A DNA stretch of 63,719 nt, filler included, from Choristocarpus tenellus KU-1152 (lineage: Eukaryota; Protista; Phaeophyceae): the NCBI GenBank assembly GCA_964200185.2. It is 11 parts of 11 records of this genome, joined end to end, with 100 filler letters (N's around TTAATTAATTAA, not from the genome) between each part and the next. Parts side by side here need not be neighbours in the genome. Positions count along the whole stretch, not along the records: positions 1 to 3,260 come from CAXNAD020021198.1; positions 3,361 to 9,386 come from CAXNAD020009138.1; positions 9,487 to 14,215 come from CAXNAD020013309.1; 8 more parts are not named here. The stretch is one strand, 5' to 3'. Both the position numbers and the translations under genes were made by a program. The notes under the pieces were generated by a model. That model searched no databases, was not told the DNA's origin, and saw nothing but the letters and a program-made list of their open reading frames with translations. Position 1 is the first letter of the stretch; the number at the start of each line of letters is the position of its first letter. Of this stretch, positions 1 to 13,300 are shown piece by piece.

Positions 1-59
1 CACCCCCCCCCCAAGATACTTTGACCCTGGAAGTCGTCACTCGAATGGGGAAAAGGGAG

Positions 60-425
60 TATAGATGTGGAGTCATATTCCCTAGATGATAAAGAGTTAC
101 TTTGGTACACTCCTGGAGAATATGCACCTAGGCTGGCCGTTCCTCGTTCACTAGTGTCAGGCATCATAGCACTAGTTCGCCTGCAGACTAGTCATCAGAG
201 AGTAGGACGCACAGTAGCCCTAACCCGTCGATACTTCTTTTGACCCTCACTCCACAAAAACACGCAGGATTATGTATTATCCTGTGGATGTCGCAGACGA
301 AAGAGGACCAGGAGCGCACAAGTGGCAATGCTGTCAGCTAAGTTCCTGGAACCATGGGATGTACTCGAGATGGATCTACAAGATGTAGGACATATCTCAG
401 CCAAAGGCAACAAGTATCTATTCAT
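60..425 (+). mobile_element. Ty3/gypsy LTR retrotransposon integrase remnant
   Basis: Manual translation: LLWYTPGEYAPRLAVPRSLVSGIIALV..HQRVGRTVALTRRYFF*PSLHKNTQDYVLSCGCRRRKR..EPWDVLEMDLQD..SAKGNKYL. This is a degenerate integrase Zn-finger and the start of the core. It has an in-frame stop and is cut by a MITE at 426. Confidence 0.8.
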
Positions 426-684
426 GAGTCAAAGTATCTTAGAGGGTAGAGCCTCGTCCATTTGGGGACCAAAATCCAAGGTTGCGATTTTGATGTAATT
501 TTGGCTATCGTGTTTGTTAGTAAGTGTCAATATCCATGTTCCGGACACACCTTTTCATAACATGTACATGTTACCTACTCGGAAACATTTTGGAGTAGGA
601 AAATGTCATTAAAAAAGCCTTGAGAAACCAAGCCCCAAATGGACAAACAGGGCAAAACTCGTACCCTCTAAGATACTTTCACTC
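426..684 (-). mobile_element. MITE family A (~260 bp)
   Basis: TIRs GAGTCAAAGTATCTTAGAGGGTA ... TACCCTCTAAGATACTTTCACTC. The body is the reverse complement of the copies at 3780, 46169 and 47891. Confidence 0.9.
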
Positions 685-1858
685 AAAAGTTAACCAAAAT
701 ATAACAATGTAAGGGATAAAGCCCGTCGACAACAACAGTACACAATATAGCAGTATTTTATCTCTCAGTACTGCACAGTAGAATGCATACATTAAGTGGC
801 CAATGCGACACTATGAGGACATGAAAGACCAGCTGCTCGAGAAATTCTTGTACCAGTCAGACAATGAAAACTCGGGTGACAAGGATGACGTCCCCACTGC
901 TACCCACTGCATGGACGATTGGACACCTTCCAGGATCATCCCATCCAGGTATGGACTCCGATTCCATGTCCGGCACCTCCCTCATGTCTTCCTCGTCATC
1001 CTTCTCTGAAGATGACAAAGCACTAGAACCAGACCGGTCCCTATCGCCAATAGAGTCGTGTTCCGAGGTTGGGGTTGCCAAGCTGCCCCCATAGTCTGAC
1101 CTGCTCCTCCCACCTTCTGTTGGGTTAGGCGATGGCATCTCCTGTTCCTCTTCATCAGCATCGGGGTCGAGTCCTCCATTATCTTCAGGCGTAGAGACAT
1201 CACCCTCTACCGGTGTCTTGCAGAGTGTTAATTATTATATATGGAGGGATTATCCATCAGGAGTTGGATACGATCCGAATCGGTGATTGTCGCCGAGGAC
1301 AGTGCATGTAATAACGATGCCTCCTGGTTGAGTCTGCAGATTCGCGACGGCGTTCTTGTGGGCCGTGGGTGTTTCTTCCTTGAAGTCACGTAAGTCGTGT
1401 TCTGACTTGACGTTACTGTCCAGCGTAATCATCATGCGTGTTACACGACTGACCTCTGCTATAGTAGACGGGCAGTCAAAGAAAGAGGCAAAGGACAAGG
1501 CGAAGGAGGAGGCAAAGGATGAGGCAAAGGAGGGGGGAAAGGAGTTAGAGTGGTTTGAGAAAATTAAGTGGTTTTTTGGAGTCCATAGCTTCGGAAGACA
1601 AGCAATGCAAGCATGTCACACGGATAAAACGCAGGCAGGGCAAGACGATATGAAGTGAACCATGACATATAATCTGGCGATATGTGCTGTCTTGTGGCAA
1701 TGGACACAAGAAAATTGAAAGGAGGAATATATCTATTCGATGAGTATTAACGGAACATGCGAGACACAATAACCCTATATAATTTGTGCGTGTGAAAATG
1801 TCCAAGCTTTATGAAACGTGCGAGAGATGAGGGCGTGTGATTGGGGTAGGGAAGGATG

Positions 1859-2581
1859 TGTTGAAACCTGAATCGAATGCATTGTACATGTAAGCAAAAT
1901 GCGTAGACTACGAGCGATGAGGAATTATGGTGTTGCAAAGCACTGATGAGTGATATTCGTTGTCTACGTTATGGATAGGTGTGATTGTGCTGCAAAGCAC
2001 TGACGTGTTTATTCTGTTGTAACTGAGGTCATTGATCTCTCAGTCAAGAATGATGCGATGTGATGCAGTATTCTTGGTTGCTCAATCCAGAATGATGCGA
2101 TTTGAATTCAGTGTTCTGTCATGAGATACTCAACGAAAGAAGTCCATGCTCTGTGGAGAGGCTTGTTGCCTTGACTGGCAAGGGTTTCCGCGGATAGTTT
2201 TAACTCCAATTATATTACATCCATGTGTGCGTTTGGTACACAGTTTGCAGAGTGAGCTTGGTGCATTGCGAGAGATCAATGGCAGCCATGAAATAAATAG
2301 CAATCAACAATCAACGTACAACTGTCATCTTCTGCTGATAAGAAGAAGAAAGAGTGAAGAAAAAACAAACAAGGGAACAACAGAACAAACTTGAACCAAT
2401 GTGTGATGCAACTCAATTAACGTATACTACTCTTGCGTGTGGAACAAAGAGCGACTGTTCTGTACTACGGTAATCTGGTGGTAATTGATATGGTGATGAT
2501 GAACTTGTGGCAGTAACGTCCAGAGTGCAACAGACCAATCAACAGTCAGTGTTCACTGGAACTGTATCCTATCAGTCAACA
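1859..2581 (+). mobile_element. Putative LTR
   Basis: Begins TGTTGAAACCTGAATCGAATGCATTG directly after a polypurine tract (GGGGTAGGGAAGGA) and can end in TCAACA (terminal inverted repeat). The same start recurs at 3200. The right boundary is uncertain. Confidence 0.55.
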
Positions 2582-2620
2582 AACAGATGAGTAGCCTATG
2601 TTTTAACATGATGTACAACA

Positions 2621-3160
2621 ATGGGGGCGCAGGAGGTTTGGGTGAGCGATACAGCAAGCCCCTTCAAGAACCAGGTACAGCGGCGGATACAGGAGCTGTC
2701 TGGGGTGGATTACCTCGTCACAATAGCCAACTCCCCCTGGACTAATGGGACGGGGAAGAGAATGATGCGTGAGGTGATGAGGACTCTAAAGGCGATGCTA
2801 AGCGACTGGCAAATTATTTTCCTGCTGTGCAATGGACGTGGAACATAGGGTATTGGGAACGGTATAAAACTATGCCAAACCACATCATGTATAGTCGGGA
2901 ACCTTGTACTGCTCTATCAGCTATGAGTAACTCGCAGGAAGGGACATGTTCGCCTGTGCCATTGAATGAAGTGCTGATGCAGGCCTTTACTGGGGAGCTA
3001 CAGGTTACCCAGGAACAGCTGCACAAGAGGGTTCTGGGGCGGACCCACCACGCACACGGCAACGGAGGGAAGGTAGTCAAGGGTGTAATGCCAACCTTTG
3101 CCGTAGGCGACTTTGTAATGGTGGCACGAGTACGTAAGAAGGGCAGCACGAGAGGCTATG
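2621..3160 (+). mobile_element. Ty3/gypsy integrase core remnant
   Basis: VWVSDTASPFKN...ANSPWTNGTGKRMMREVMRTLKAML and TFAVGDFVMVAR match the integrase core and C-terminus. Frameshifted. Confidence 0.75.
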
Positions 3161-3199
3161 TCCAAGGGGTTGGATGGTTTAATGGACACAGGTACCTTT

Positions 3200-3260
3200 T
3201 GTTGAAACCTGAATCGAATGCATTGTATATGATACATAGACTACGAAGGAAGAGGAATCA
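3200..3260 (+). mobile_element. Start of second LTR copy (truncated by contig end)
   Basis: Direct repeat of 1859-1927 (TGTTGAAACCTGAATCGAATGCATTGTA...TAGACTACGA). Confidence 0.6.
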
Positions 3261-3360
3261 NNNNNNNNNNNNNNNNNNNNNNNNNNNNNNNNNNNNNNNN
3301 NNNNTTAATTAATTAANNNNNNNNNNNNNNNNNNNNNNNNNNNNNNNNNNNNNNNNNNNN
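3261..3360. other. Artificial contig linker N44-TTAATTAATTAA-N44
   Basis: Identical 100-nt linkers at 3261, 9387, 14216, 22545, 25185, 29221, 48718, 53091, 58120 and 61041. The core gives stops in all six frames. Confidence 0.97.
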
Positions 3361-3380
3361 TGTGTTTTTTGTGTGTGGGT

Positions 3381-3430
<50 letters not shown>

Positions 3431-3779
3431 GGGGGCATGTGCTTTTTTCTGTTCTTAATTCTGATAGAAAAAATGTGTGTTGATGTCAGTGTCACCGATG
3501 ATATAAGTTGTGTCGTGCATGTCCTGACAAGATTGCAGACAGTAGGCCAGGGCATTAATGCTTCTGATGAGGTGTAAGGCAGAATGCGTATGTACTGACA
3601 AGAAAAGATGTATCTGTAGGCGACTGACTCCTTACAAGAACGATACATTATGTATCTACTGAAAGATGAAAGATGGTATATGTGTGTTGACAATGTGAGA
3701 TACAATGTTCACGTACTGACAAGATAAGATATATAAAGTGCCTACAAACAAGATAGTATACTGTACAAGTATCATACAT

Positions 3780-4054
3780 GAGTGAAAGTATCTTAGAGGG
3801 TACGAGTTTTGCCCTGTTTGTCTGTTTGGGGCTTGGCTTCCCACGGGTTTTTTTGTGAGATTTTCCTAACTCTGAAGTGTTTTGGAGTAGGTAAAATGTA
3901 TACGTTATGAATAAGGTGTGTCCGGAACAAGGATATTGACACTTCCTAACAAACACGATATAGCCAAAACGACACCAAAGTTACATCGAAATCGCAACAT
4001 TGGATTTTGGCCCCCAATTGGACGCAGCTCTACCCTCTAAGATACTTTTGGGTC
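3780..4054 (+). mobile_element. MITE family A with 4-bp TSD ACAT
   Basis: acat|GAGTGAAAGTATCTTAGAGGGTA ... TACCCTCTAAGATACTTTTGGGTC|acat. Confidence 0.9.
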
Positions 4055-4258
4055 ACATACTACCGCCTACTATTTTTTGTTTTTGCTACCCATGGGGATT
4101 TGTCCAATGTACCCATCGATTGTTTTGTTTTGATGCATCACCAAAGGGGAACCTGCAATCTTTTTGTCGAGAGTGCCTGGTACATGGATGGCTCCTTCTG
4201 TGTGATCTACCTATGTTAGATGGTTTTCTAATGTTGTGTTGCGTGTGTGTCTTGTGCT

Positions 4259-4416
4259 GTGTTGTGCTACTGCTGAACTATGTTTGTACTACTGCTGAAC
4301 TATGTTGTGCTACTGCTGAACTATGTTTGTACTACTGCTGGACTATGTTGTGCTACTGCTGAACTATGTTTGTACTACTGCTGGACTATGTTGTGCTACT
4401 GCTGAACTATGTTGTG
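4259..4416. repeat. Minisatellite, alternating 22/21-bp units (~7 monomers)
   Basis: ACTGCTGAACTATGTTTGTACT alternates with ACTGCTG(G/A)ACTATGTTGTGCT. Confidence 0.92.
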
Positions 4417-5278
4417 TTACACTTGTGTTGTGTTGCGTGTGTTCATGCGTTCACACCTGTCCTTGAGCAGAGGAAGAAGTACTGACACACTTCAAGTACA
4501 CCTCTGGAAGGGTAATGGCGTATCAACCCAAGCGCTACTCGCAGCAGGGAGTGGACCGCCCAAAATCACGCTACCCAGGTATTTGGAAACTAGTATTTCC
4601 TTACTGCTTCTTTCAATGCATCTTGCCAAGCTAACAGCACCCGCCACCCACAATGCTCTGCCTCCTACCATTGGAGCGTTAGCTTTCAATTTCTTTGTGG
4701 AATTTAAGGGGGATGGAAAGAGCTTCGAGCCGACCCCATGTGATTATTGCTAACTTAAGACGCCAGTGTCCAGTGTCAATCTGGAACATACTTCTCTAGG
4801 TCTTCTGCTTCCTTTCAGGGGATATCTATCTGGATGCGTATAAATTCACAAAGTGGTATCAGATTTTTTCATGTCTTTTTGTGAGGCTCTGTCAAAAGCC
4901 CATTTTGTGGTTACCCTAGAAACTCAGCAAAGTCTGACTTGATCTAACCTCTTCTACGCTGTGCAGTGCGAAGCTGTGAGGAACGCCTTTCAGATGTAGC
5001 AAATTTTTCAATTTTTTTCTCATCTGCCCCCCACGAAACTGTTTAAACTGATGTTGAACAGGGGAATTTTTAGTCGTCGCTCTTGCATGTAGGATACAAA
5101 TTATTATTATTTTTGTTATTATTGTTATTATTGCTAGTTTTATTATTATTTGTTGCACGTACTGGTTGGTGCGCTGTGAATCAACCTTTTTGTGTAAGCC
5201 GGACTTGACAGAGGTTTTGTGTATTCCTCTCTTTTTTTTTTCTTTTCTTTTTTTTAAAAACTTTCGTCAAAACTCTAA

Positions 5279-5531
5279 TCGAGAGACATTTTCGGGTATA
5301 CCTTTTTTTGTGTGAGTCGAGAGACATTTTCGGGTACACCTTTTTATGCGAGTTGAGAGACATTTTCGGGTACACCTTTTTTATGCGAGTCGAGAGACAT
5401 TTTGGGTACACCTTTTTGTGTGAGTCGAGAGACATTTTCGGGTACACCTTTTTTATGCGAGTCGAGAGACATTTTCGGGTACACCTTTTTGTGTGAGTAG
5501 AGAGACATTTTCGGGTACACCTTTTTTGTGT
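5279..5531. repeat. Minisatellite, ~36-bp unit x7
   Basis: GAGTCGAGAGACATTTTCGGGTACACCTTTTT(ATGC/GTGT) repeated head-to-tail. Confidence 0.95.
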
Positions 5532-5809
5532 GGAGGTTGCAAATTTTGTTCAGGTTTTTGGTATAGGTGAGTATTAGAAGGAATAACCTTGGCAGCGCTT
5601 TAAAAAGAAGGAAAAGAAGTAAGTTCGTTTTGGAAAAAATATGTACGTAAAAGGTGATTGTGTTCTAGTTTTTGGAATCCTAAGAAGATGGTAGTTCTAG
5701 GTGTTCGACATGTAGGGTATAATTGGTTTGTTTACTGGTCTATTGGTAGGATTTGATGCAGCTTGCATTTGAAGACTTGTTTTAGAGAGAGGGAGGGGGG
5801 GAGAGTGGT

Positions 5810-5845
5810 TGGGTTAGGGTCAGGGTTAGGGTTAGGGTTAGGGTA
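5810..5845 (+). repeat. Interstitial telomere-like (TTAGGG)n
   Basis: GGGTTAGGGTCAGGGTTAGGGTTAGGGTTAGGGT. Shorter or degenerate arrays occur near 8815, 9326, 23275-23340 and 53027. Confidence 0.8.
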
Positions 5846-6303
5846 GGATTTAACGAGTGGAACATGTATAATATGGAGCACATATAACTACATTTATAAT
5901 AAGATTGTGTACTCCAGAGGGCTGCTGACTGATGAGAAATTGCAGGCTTACCCCCTACTTGGAAATTGACACTACTAGGCAGATCGGTATGTGATGCTAT
6001 TTATTATATTATACCCCCGAACGGTATCTTACATGTAAGAATTACGCACATACCATTAATTTTTTATTATTCATACTGTTCTCATATTAACTGAGGGTTT
6101 CTTCTGGCAGCGAATCCCTCCCTCATGGCTAAACCGAAACCCTGTTTGTATAGTGGTAACGTGTGTTTTTATCAATTTAAAGGAAGATAAGAGGGATTGA
6201 AAAGTCTTTTTGAGTAAGAGGAGCTTTTTTATTAGTTTTTGACTCTGATAGGTTTTTGACGCCCCTGATTCTACCTACTTCCATTACTATTTGAATGTTT
6301 CAG

Positions 6304-8086
6304 GGAAAGTTTTGGATCCAGAACCTCTGGGGAGGTGGATCTTCAAGGCGACCACGCCTACTGTGGGTTTCCTCAACCACGCCTCAGCGAGGAGATACAG
6401 TAGTCTCTCTCTTCCCCAAGTGGTTGCATTCACTGAGGTGAGGTGGGAGATCAGGAAAGGTGGCCTACGAGAATGACTTGTTTGAAGGGAATTACCACTG
6501 TTGCATGCCGTGTTTAAAAAAAATAAATAGATTATTATGATGAGTATGTATGTATGTATGTATGTATCTGTATGTGGTGTGTTTGTATCAATTTATGATA
6601 CTTGTGCAGTCAGCGCAAGTACCTGACGGTTATAGGGTACAGGTTTTGCCCTGTTAGTCCATTTGGGGCTTGGGTTGCCACGGGTTTTTTTTTAATGACA
6701 TTTTTGCTGCTCTGAAATGGTTCAGAGTAGGTAAATATGTGTACGTTATGAAAAGGTGTATCTGGAACAAGGATATATTTACACTTCCTAACAAACACGA
6801 TATTAGCCAAAATGACATCGAAATCGCAACGTTGGATTTTGGCCCCCGAATGAACGCGGCTCCACCCTCTAAAGATACTTGGACTCATGTGGTGTACATG
6901 TGTACCCCTCCCTCCCCGGATGTATGTAGCTGCTGATGGTAGTACGATCTTGGCGTTGCGAATTGAACCTTCAAGTAATTCTATGAGTGTATGTCTTAAA
7001 TTGGTTAGTTAGAACAATTTCAGTGTGTGTGGCCCCATTATTATCGATATCTATTTCAGTGTGTGCCTCATTATTATCGGTATCTAGATGCAATGGATCA
7101 ACAGAGGCATGCATGTGAATGTCGTCGAGCTCCACGGGCATTGCACCCAGCACGCACACTCCTGAAATAATTGTTTATTTGTCACTGTGAGTGACCCTAG
7201 CGCTAACCTCTGATCACAAGGAATGCTAGTCTCAAATTGATTTGTGATGGTTCCCATGCTAGTCCCAGTGTGATACATGTAGCCCCATCCCTAAGCTCGT
7301 CTCTCTCCCCAAAGTTCACCATAACTCAAATCTCAAAATGGGACTACATAGAAGTAGGTAGTGCAGAGGGATCTCCCCCCAATAATATGGCCTGAGTTTG
7401 TTGCTCTATTTGGTGCTGTGTGTAAATAAATGTTGCACTGGGTCCGTGAATGTCTCGTGTACTTAGCGGTGTACTTGGACATGCGGTTGATTGGCACTGT
7501 TTGTACCTAACAAGTACCTTCCTACTTTCCTACTTTCTTGTCTGTGTATACTTTTTTTTCACAAGGATCTTTGGTAGTAATATTCTGTGTTCGAATGTGT
7601 GTCAAGATGGTACATTTAAAGTGTGGGAGAATGAAGTTTCAAGCGACGGAAATGGACACTTGAGTGCACTTAGTGACCGGCAGCGATACATGCTTCTGAC
7701 TCTTCCGGGCCAACATCAGTAGTTGATGCACTAAACAGAGGACGCACACTCTGTTGTCTGGTAGGGCAATAGAGTTTTTTATTTTTTTATTTTAATGTTT
7801 AAGATTATAAATGTATTGTTGATGTTGATATTGTAAGAACATATTTACCATTACTATTATGTTTTATTATTTTATGTATCAATAAAAAATGTAAACTCGT
7901 TTTCGATAGTTCTATTTGATCAACGTTTCGTAACTGTCTTTTTTTTTTTAGGTGGATGTGGAGAAAGATCCGGAAAGCTATGACTCTCTTGCAAAGAGCC
8001 TGACCAAGGCAGTGGATGCCCACAAAAAATATGTATCCGTGAGTGTTGGGGACTTGTTTGACAAGTTCCTGGTGAAGCCTTTCAAG
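6304..8086 (+). CDS. Two exons (6304-6437, 7952-8086) of a probable protein disulfide isomerase-like gene (non-catalytic b' domain region); partial
   Basis: Both exons have canonical AG/GT borders and join in frame: LGRWIFKATTPTVGFLNHASARRYSSLSLPQVVAFTE|VDVEKDPESYDSLAKSLTKAVDAHKKYVSVSVGDLFDKFL. This resembles the ERp57-type b' segment (DVDYEKN). The family call is by eye and no CxxC is seen. Confidence 0.55.
6611..6886 (+). mobile_element. MITE family A (degenerate left end), intronic
   Basis: Body matches the 3780 copy; right TIR CCCTCTAAAGATACTTGGACTC. Confidence 0.85.
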
Positions 8087-9916
8087 GTGAGATAAAATGA
8101 AACAGCGAAGGGCTTTTTTGTTATCATTTCAGTACTTATCTGTGTCCATTGCAGAGTTGTGATACCATGATGAAGTGTAGTGCAGGATGGTATCATATGG
8201 GTTTGGTACAGTACACTACAGTATGTTTTGTGACATGTATGGTATGGTAAACGTGCAATACTGGGGGATAGCAAGGTATTATCTGATACTGTACTGTATA
8301 GTGCAGTACAGTTCAGTACAGAGTAGAAACGTGCGGTGATTTGCTTTAGTGTGGCACCTTATGGTATTATATGCAAATATTTGAATTATGTCAATTAGGT
8401 ATGGCGTTGTGCAGTGAGCATTTGGTGCTCTTACTGTTTAGGTGTGACACGTGTATATATGTTTGTACTGTCCAGAACAGGCATGGTTCACTGTATGTAT
8501 GATGTGTTATTGTGTTGATTGGTTCTTCTTTGGGTAAACACTTTCATATTTATGTGCTACCAAATGACTCACAAATACTGATATTATTTTTTATGTTAAC
8601 ATTATATAGTTTTTTATAATTTTTAATATCAATAGAATGTACCCATCGACTCCAGACTCCAGCGGCCTATGTATCTATGTATGATTTTTTTTTCACATAG
8701 TGATACAATCGATGGAATTGATGTATTTTGACCCTTGGCCTCTCCCAACTCCTTGATTTCTGAAGCATGCATGCAATGTAACACTTGTGTTTCCTTCCTC
8801 ATCTACCCCTCTCCCTAACCCTAACCCTCCTCTACTGTTCCGGATGGTGACTGTGGGGTAAGATTGAGGTGGAAGAAGGGTCTGATAAGATATGGGTGGG
8901 TATTCGTAAGGAGAACGCCTTCTATCGGATGGATGGTGACTTTTCTGAGGGTGCTGTCAACAACTTTATTGCCGCCTTCTTGGCAGGGTCTATTGAGGTA
9001 CGATGATTGTATGAAAATTAGTTTGAAAATTAGTCAAAACATGAAGATAGAAATATAGTGTTGGAGTTTGTTATGTATTCATGGCATTTAAAAGAAAACA
9101 ATCGCAGACCTTTAGTTCTAAAGAGGAGCATCAATTGGTGTTTTAAAAAAACAACAGATTGTACTATTTTTGACTAAATTGGCATTTTCTATTGAGGTAC
9201 ATATCTTTTCTAATCTTTGTTTTCTAATCTTTGTTTGACATCGTATAAATATTTATGTATTTTTCTTGTTCATATTTTCATATCACACCATGGGAGTTTC
9301 ATACATGCCCAATGGTATCATAACTTAGGGTTAGGGTATGGGCTAGTGGGGATGGGGTCATCGAAAGGTCTACAGTTATCGTGAGGNNNNNNNNNNNNNN
9401 NNNNNNNNNNNNNNNNNNNNNNNNNNNNNNTTAATTAATTAANNNNNNNNNNNNNNNNNNNNNNNNNNNNNNNNNNNNNNNNNNNNCCACACCCCCCCCC
9501 CACACACACTCCCTTGCATTGCATTCTTGTTGTTATAAGCTGGGCGCGTGGTTGATTGCGACGGAAGCATCCTGCTGGTGTAATCATAGTCATCATAATA
9601 TTCCGTTTCACCTGTATTACCGTGGTCCGGTACTCTTTTTTTTCTTTTTTGGGATGCGGTGGAGGAACAAAGATGATGTGTCTGTGCGATTTCTGAGCAT
9701 TCTATTTTGTGTACATTCGATACTTCAATGTAGCAGTGCCTGCCCAACATTTGCACAAGATGTCAAGATTGGGTGCTAGGTATCATGCTATTCGGTAGGG
9801 GAATATTTTCACACTTTTGTTGTTTTTATATATCACTACGCTAGATTTGGGGCATTGCTCCTCTCCTCTATTTCCCTACCTCTTATGTATGAATTTGATG
9901 AAGTTAGTCTTTCATA

Positions 9917-9970
<54 letters not shown>

Positions 9971-12399
9971 CCGGGCGGGCGGGAGGCGCGGCCGGGCGGC
10001 CGCGCAAGCGANNNTCATCCTTTTATTTTTTTTTTTTTTTTTTTTTTCCCCCCCCCCCCCCCCCCCCCCCCCACCTCTTCCCCCCCCTTGGCCCCAGTCA
10101 CAGAGATATCTGAATTGATTCGATGGGTTTTCTTGGGATACCAATTGGGTGCATGTGTTGGTGATGCAAGTTGAGGCTGTCAAGGTGATAATGAGTCACA
10201 TGATAGGATAACCTCTTTTCTGATGCAGGGTCTTCTGACTCCCGATGTATGTGCCAATGTTTTGGTTCATTGGCAGTGAAGGATATGGAGTTTTTTGAGG
10301 GTATGCTGTCTCTCCCGACTGTGAATCATGTGACTTACTGATAGAAGAATGATGCGAGTGTATGCTATCTATCCCAATGTGAAGCTTGTGAGCTATTGAT
10401 AGAAAAGCACTTGATACTTGATTTAACTGGTTCCTAATACGATTGACTGGTGGGTTGTTACCAAGAGGTAATTTGTTGATGCAAGATGAATGGAAGTGTA
10501 TTTGACTGTGTTGGTAATGCTTGTTTTCCATCCCTCCAGTCCTCCCCTTTACCCCCCCCTAACCCGTATGAGGTGGATCAAGGACATAGTAAGCCAACAG
10601 ATTGATAGAATCTCTTGATAAAGTGCGTTGATGTCTTATTGGATGTAAGCAGGGATGTGAGTCCGCCTCCTCCCCTTGTGGGGAATAGGGGATGCGATCA
10701 GTGTAACCGAGGAGGAGCTGAAGGAAATATATGGTACTTTGAAGTATTCTATTGGACACTGACCTGAATGAATAGTGAGGTTTACTAGTGTATGTGTGTT
10801 CTGTTGTAAAAATACTGTGTTGTGTCGACAGTTGAAGCATGTGTTGCTTGTTTTCTGAGCGTATTTGGCCTTTGGGTTGTTTAGCTGTGTATGTTTTGTC
10901 GTGTTGCATGCAGGGTGATTTCCCACCTTCCCCCTTAGCTTAACACTCCCTACAATTGTCATTGTGGTCTTTGGATTTGGCCCCCCCTTGCGATAGTTTC
11001 AGGGTCGCACACACTCGCCCTTCACTGCCTTTCAGTCACAGTTTATCTATTGTGTACTAGGTATTCTAGTGATATTGAGGGGTAGGTGATAAAGTTTGAA
11101 ATATCCTAGCCACCAATCAAATGGAAACTGCCTTGTTGGAAATAGTCTTCAACCAACAAACTGTGTGGTTCCCCTCCCCATAATATGTATGTAATGCATT
11201 ATTTATACCACATACTAAGTACTTTGTTGTCAATCTTTTTTACATCCTCTGGAAGCCAGAATGGGAGGGTTGTATCACAACTGCATGCCATGCCGGCATC
11301 TCCTTCGCTTGGTTGAGATCATTCAACCAGTGATGAGCGGGACTGGATATTTTGTGTTGCTGGTGGGGCATGTTCTCTATTGACAGACATGACTGATGAG
11401 CACAACTAGCAACATCCACTCTTCATTGCTAGAGTTGCCTGTGGTGAGAAGAATCAATGGTCATTTGGTCATAATTGATAACTTTGATCTTTTTGTGTAT
11501 TTCTATGGTGTTGAGCATAGTGCTCATGCTGTCGGATGATAGGCATACATGTTATGTACAATGGTGTGGTGGTTGACGGAAGAGGGAGGAATGGGGCGGA
11601 TCAGGCGCCAAGCAAGTTTAAATTGAGTTGACAATGATTGCTTTGGTGTTTGTGTGCAAGAATAGGCGAAACAGTCACCCAATAGACAGCAGGGGACGAG
11701 TGGTGAATGTTCATGTCAATAGCTATGTACTATTGTGTTCATTTCACCCCTCCTCCTTCAGTGCAGTCTTCCATACTTACGAATGTGCACTTGTTATCTC
11801 AATGGGACATGAGTACATCTGTGTACTGGTGCTGTATTTGTAAGGAGTTCAAAGCGAAGTTCGTTGAATTTCATCTATGCCGGAACATTTTCATCGTACC
11901 TTTGGGTTTTTATGAAGTTGTGCTCAATCATGCACAGTTGTCTGTGGTAGGTATTTGCTAATTCCTATATTATTATTATTATTTTAAAGCACCTGACACT
12001 ACAAGTCCACCTTTCTACATGATGCCAATACATACATGTTATTATGCCCTTTGACATTTTGCAGATGTGTTAGGGGAAATACCAATTCAATATCATAAGA
12101 ACCCCTGTAAAAGTATCAGCTGCCGTAAATGTGAAAGGTATCTCTCCAAAATCTATATTCAATTTGACTACCAGTTATTTTACACTGCTCCCCTTCTATG
12201 CCTCCAACCTAGCTTTGTCCTAAAGCACAGGGTGAGGAGCTAGGGAAGCATCTCAAGAATCTGACAGCCCCCTCCTCGCACATCTCCCTCGTGTCTCCAG
12301 CTTAAAACACATGAAGTATCTAGATAGAGTCAGTTGTGTTGTGACAGACACTATCTGTCGTAAACGGGACTTGACAGCTCCTTTCCTGTTGCAGCCTTC

Positions 12400-13300
12400 C
12401 ACCCCTCTCCCTCCTACCATGTGCATTGCAAACTCATCCAGAAAACTTTCTGCTTGCTTACCGAGGTGCCAAAACTTTCCACTGCGAAGGTGTTGAGGTT
12501 AAAACTACAAGGGTCAAAAGAGCCCTTGTAGTGGGCGGTCTTTTGCGCTTCAGCTCCAACAGTACCTATACAATGCTGGTGGATGAGTGGGGTAGATGGG
12601 AGGTTGCTTGCACTTATGCAAAGTGACATCTAGGAGGCCTTTGTCCTGGTAGGGAGCTGATCCGGCGACCGCAAGTGCCCCAGCATGGAAGACCACATCC
12701 ACGCGGAAATTCCTGTCTACTGTGAATGGGCTACCGTCCTTGATAGTGCAACGGATGCCCATTCCTTTGAAGAGTTAACCTAGACGCCCCATCAGTATGT
12801 ATTGACGGACCTGTCCCCCTGCCCTAGGGCAGGTACGGGCATGTCTGGTGTCCACATTATGCCTCCACCCAGCCACGGGGCACCTGTTGGATAGAACCTC
12901 CTCCCTCCCTAGGGATCTGCTGGCAGTAAATCTAAACTCTATGGGAGGGATCTGGCGTGCTGGTTCCAGGGGTTGTGCGAAGGCTCATGCATTTGCCCTT
13001 GTCCACACTCCAGTACCGGGCCAGGGCTAGTGAGGAACTTCCCCTCCCTTGTTCTGCATCATCTGGTAGGTTGGCCAATTGTATTCGGAAAAAGTGGAAC
13101 TGGATCCTGTTCAGGAGGCAGGTAATCTCGTGTTGTGCCCTCCTTGTGATCTTCGCATCATGAGCTACCAGAGTGTGGACCCCATCGGGGCCTGGACCGG
13201 AGTTGCTGTTCGCTCTCATGAAGGCTGTCTGCAGGGGGGAAGTATCATTGTTCCCTAGACCCTGTATCCCCTTGCACCCTATCCTTTGCTTCCATTATGG
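12400..13300 (-). mobile_element. Decayed non-LTR retrotransposon with C-terminal restriction-like endonuclease (CRE-like)
   Basis: Minus-strand pieces, frameshifted: SGPGPDGV; RVDVVFHAGAL..DKGLLDVTL; GAEAQKTAHYKGSFDPCSFNLNTFAVESFG; KQAESFLDE. The D..DVT / AE..K..Y / AVESFG pattern is typical of RLE non-LTR elements. Confidence 0.7.

Noticed and set aside
3261-3360. Recurrent palindromic TTAATTAATTAA motif
   Set aside because: Always centred in a 100-nt N block; an artificial six-frame-stop linker. ORFs and neighbourhoods across it are not meaningful.
3378-3436. Poly-Gly/poly-Pro ORFs from a long G run
   Set aside because: Homopolymer at a contig edge; probable sequencing artefact.
5279-5531. 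CRISPR-like array of ~36-bp repeats
   Set aside because: Units are head-to-tail with no unique spacers and no cas genes; it is a minisatellite.
9917-10090. Poly-C/GC-rich block with poly-Pro ORFs
   Set aside because: Contains Ns and long homopolymers typical of low-quality read ends.
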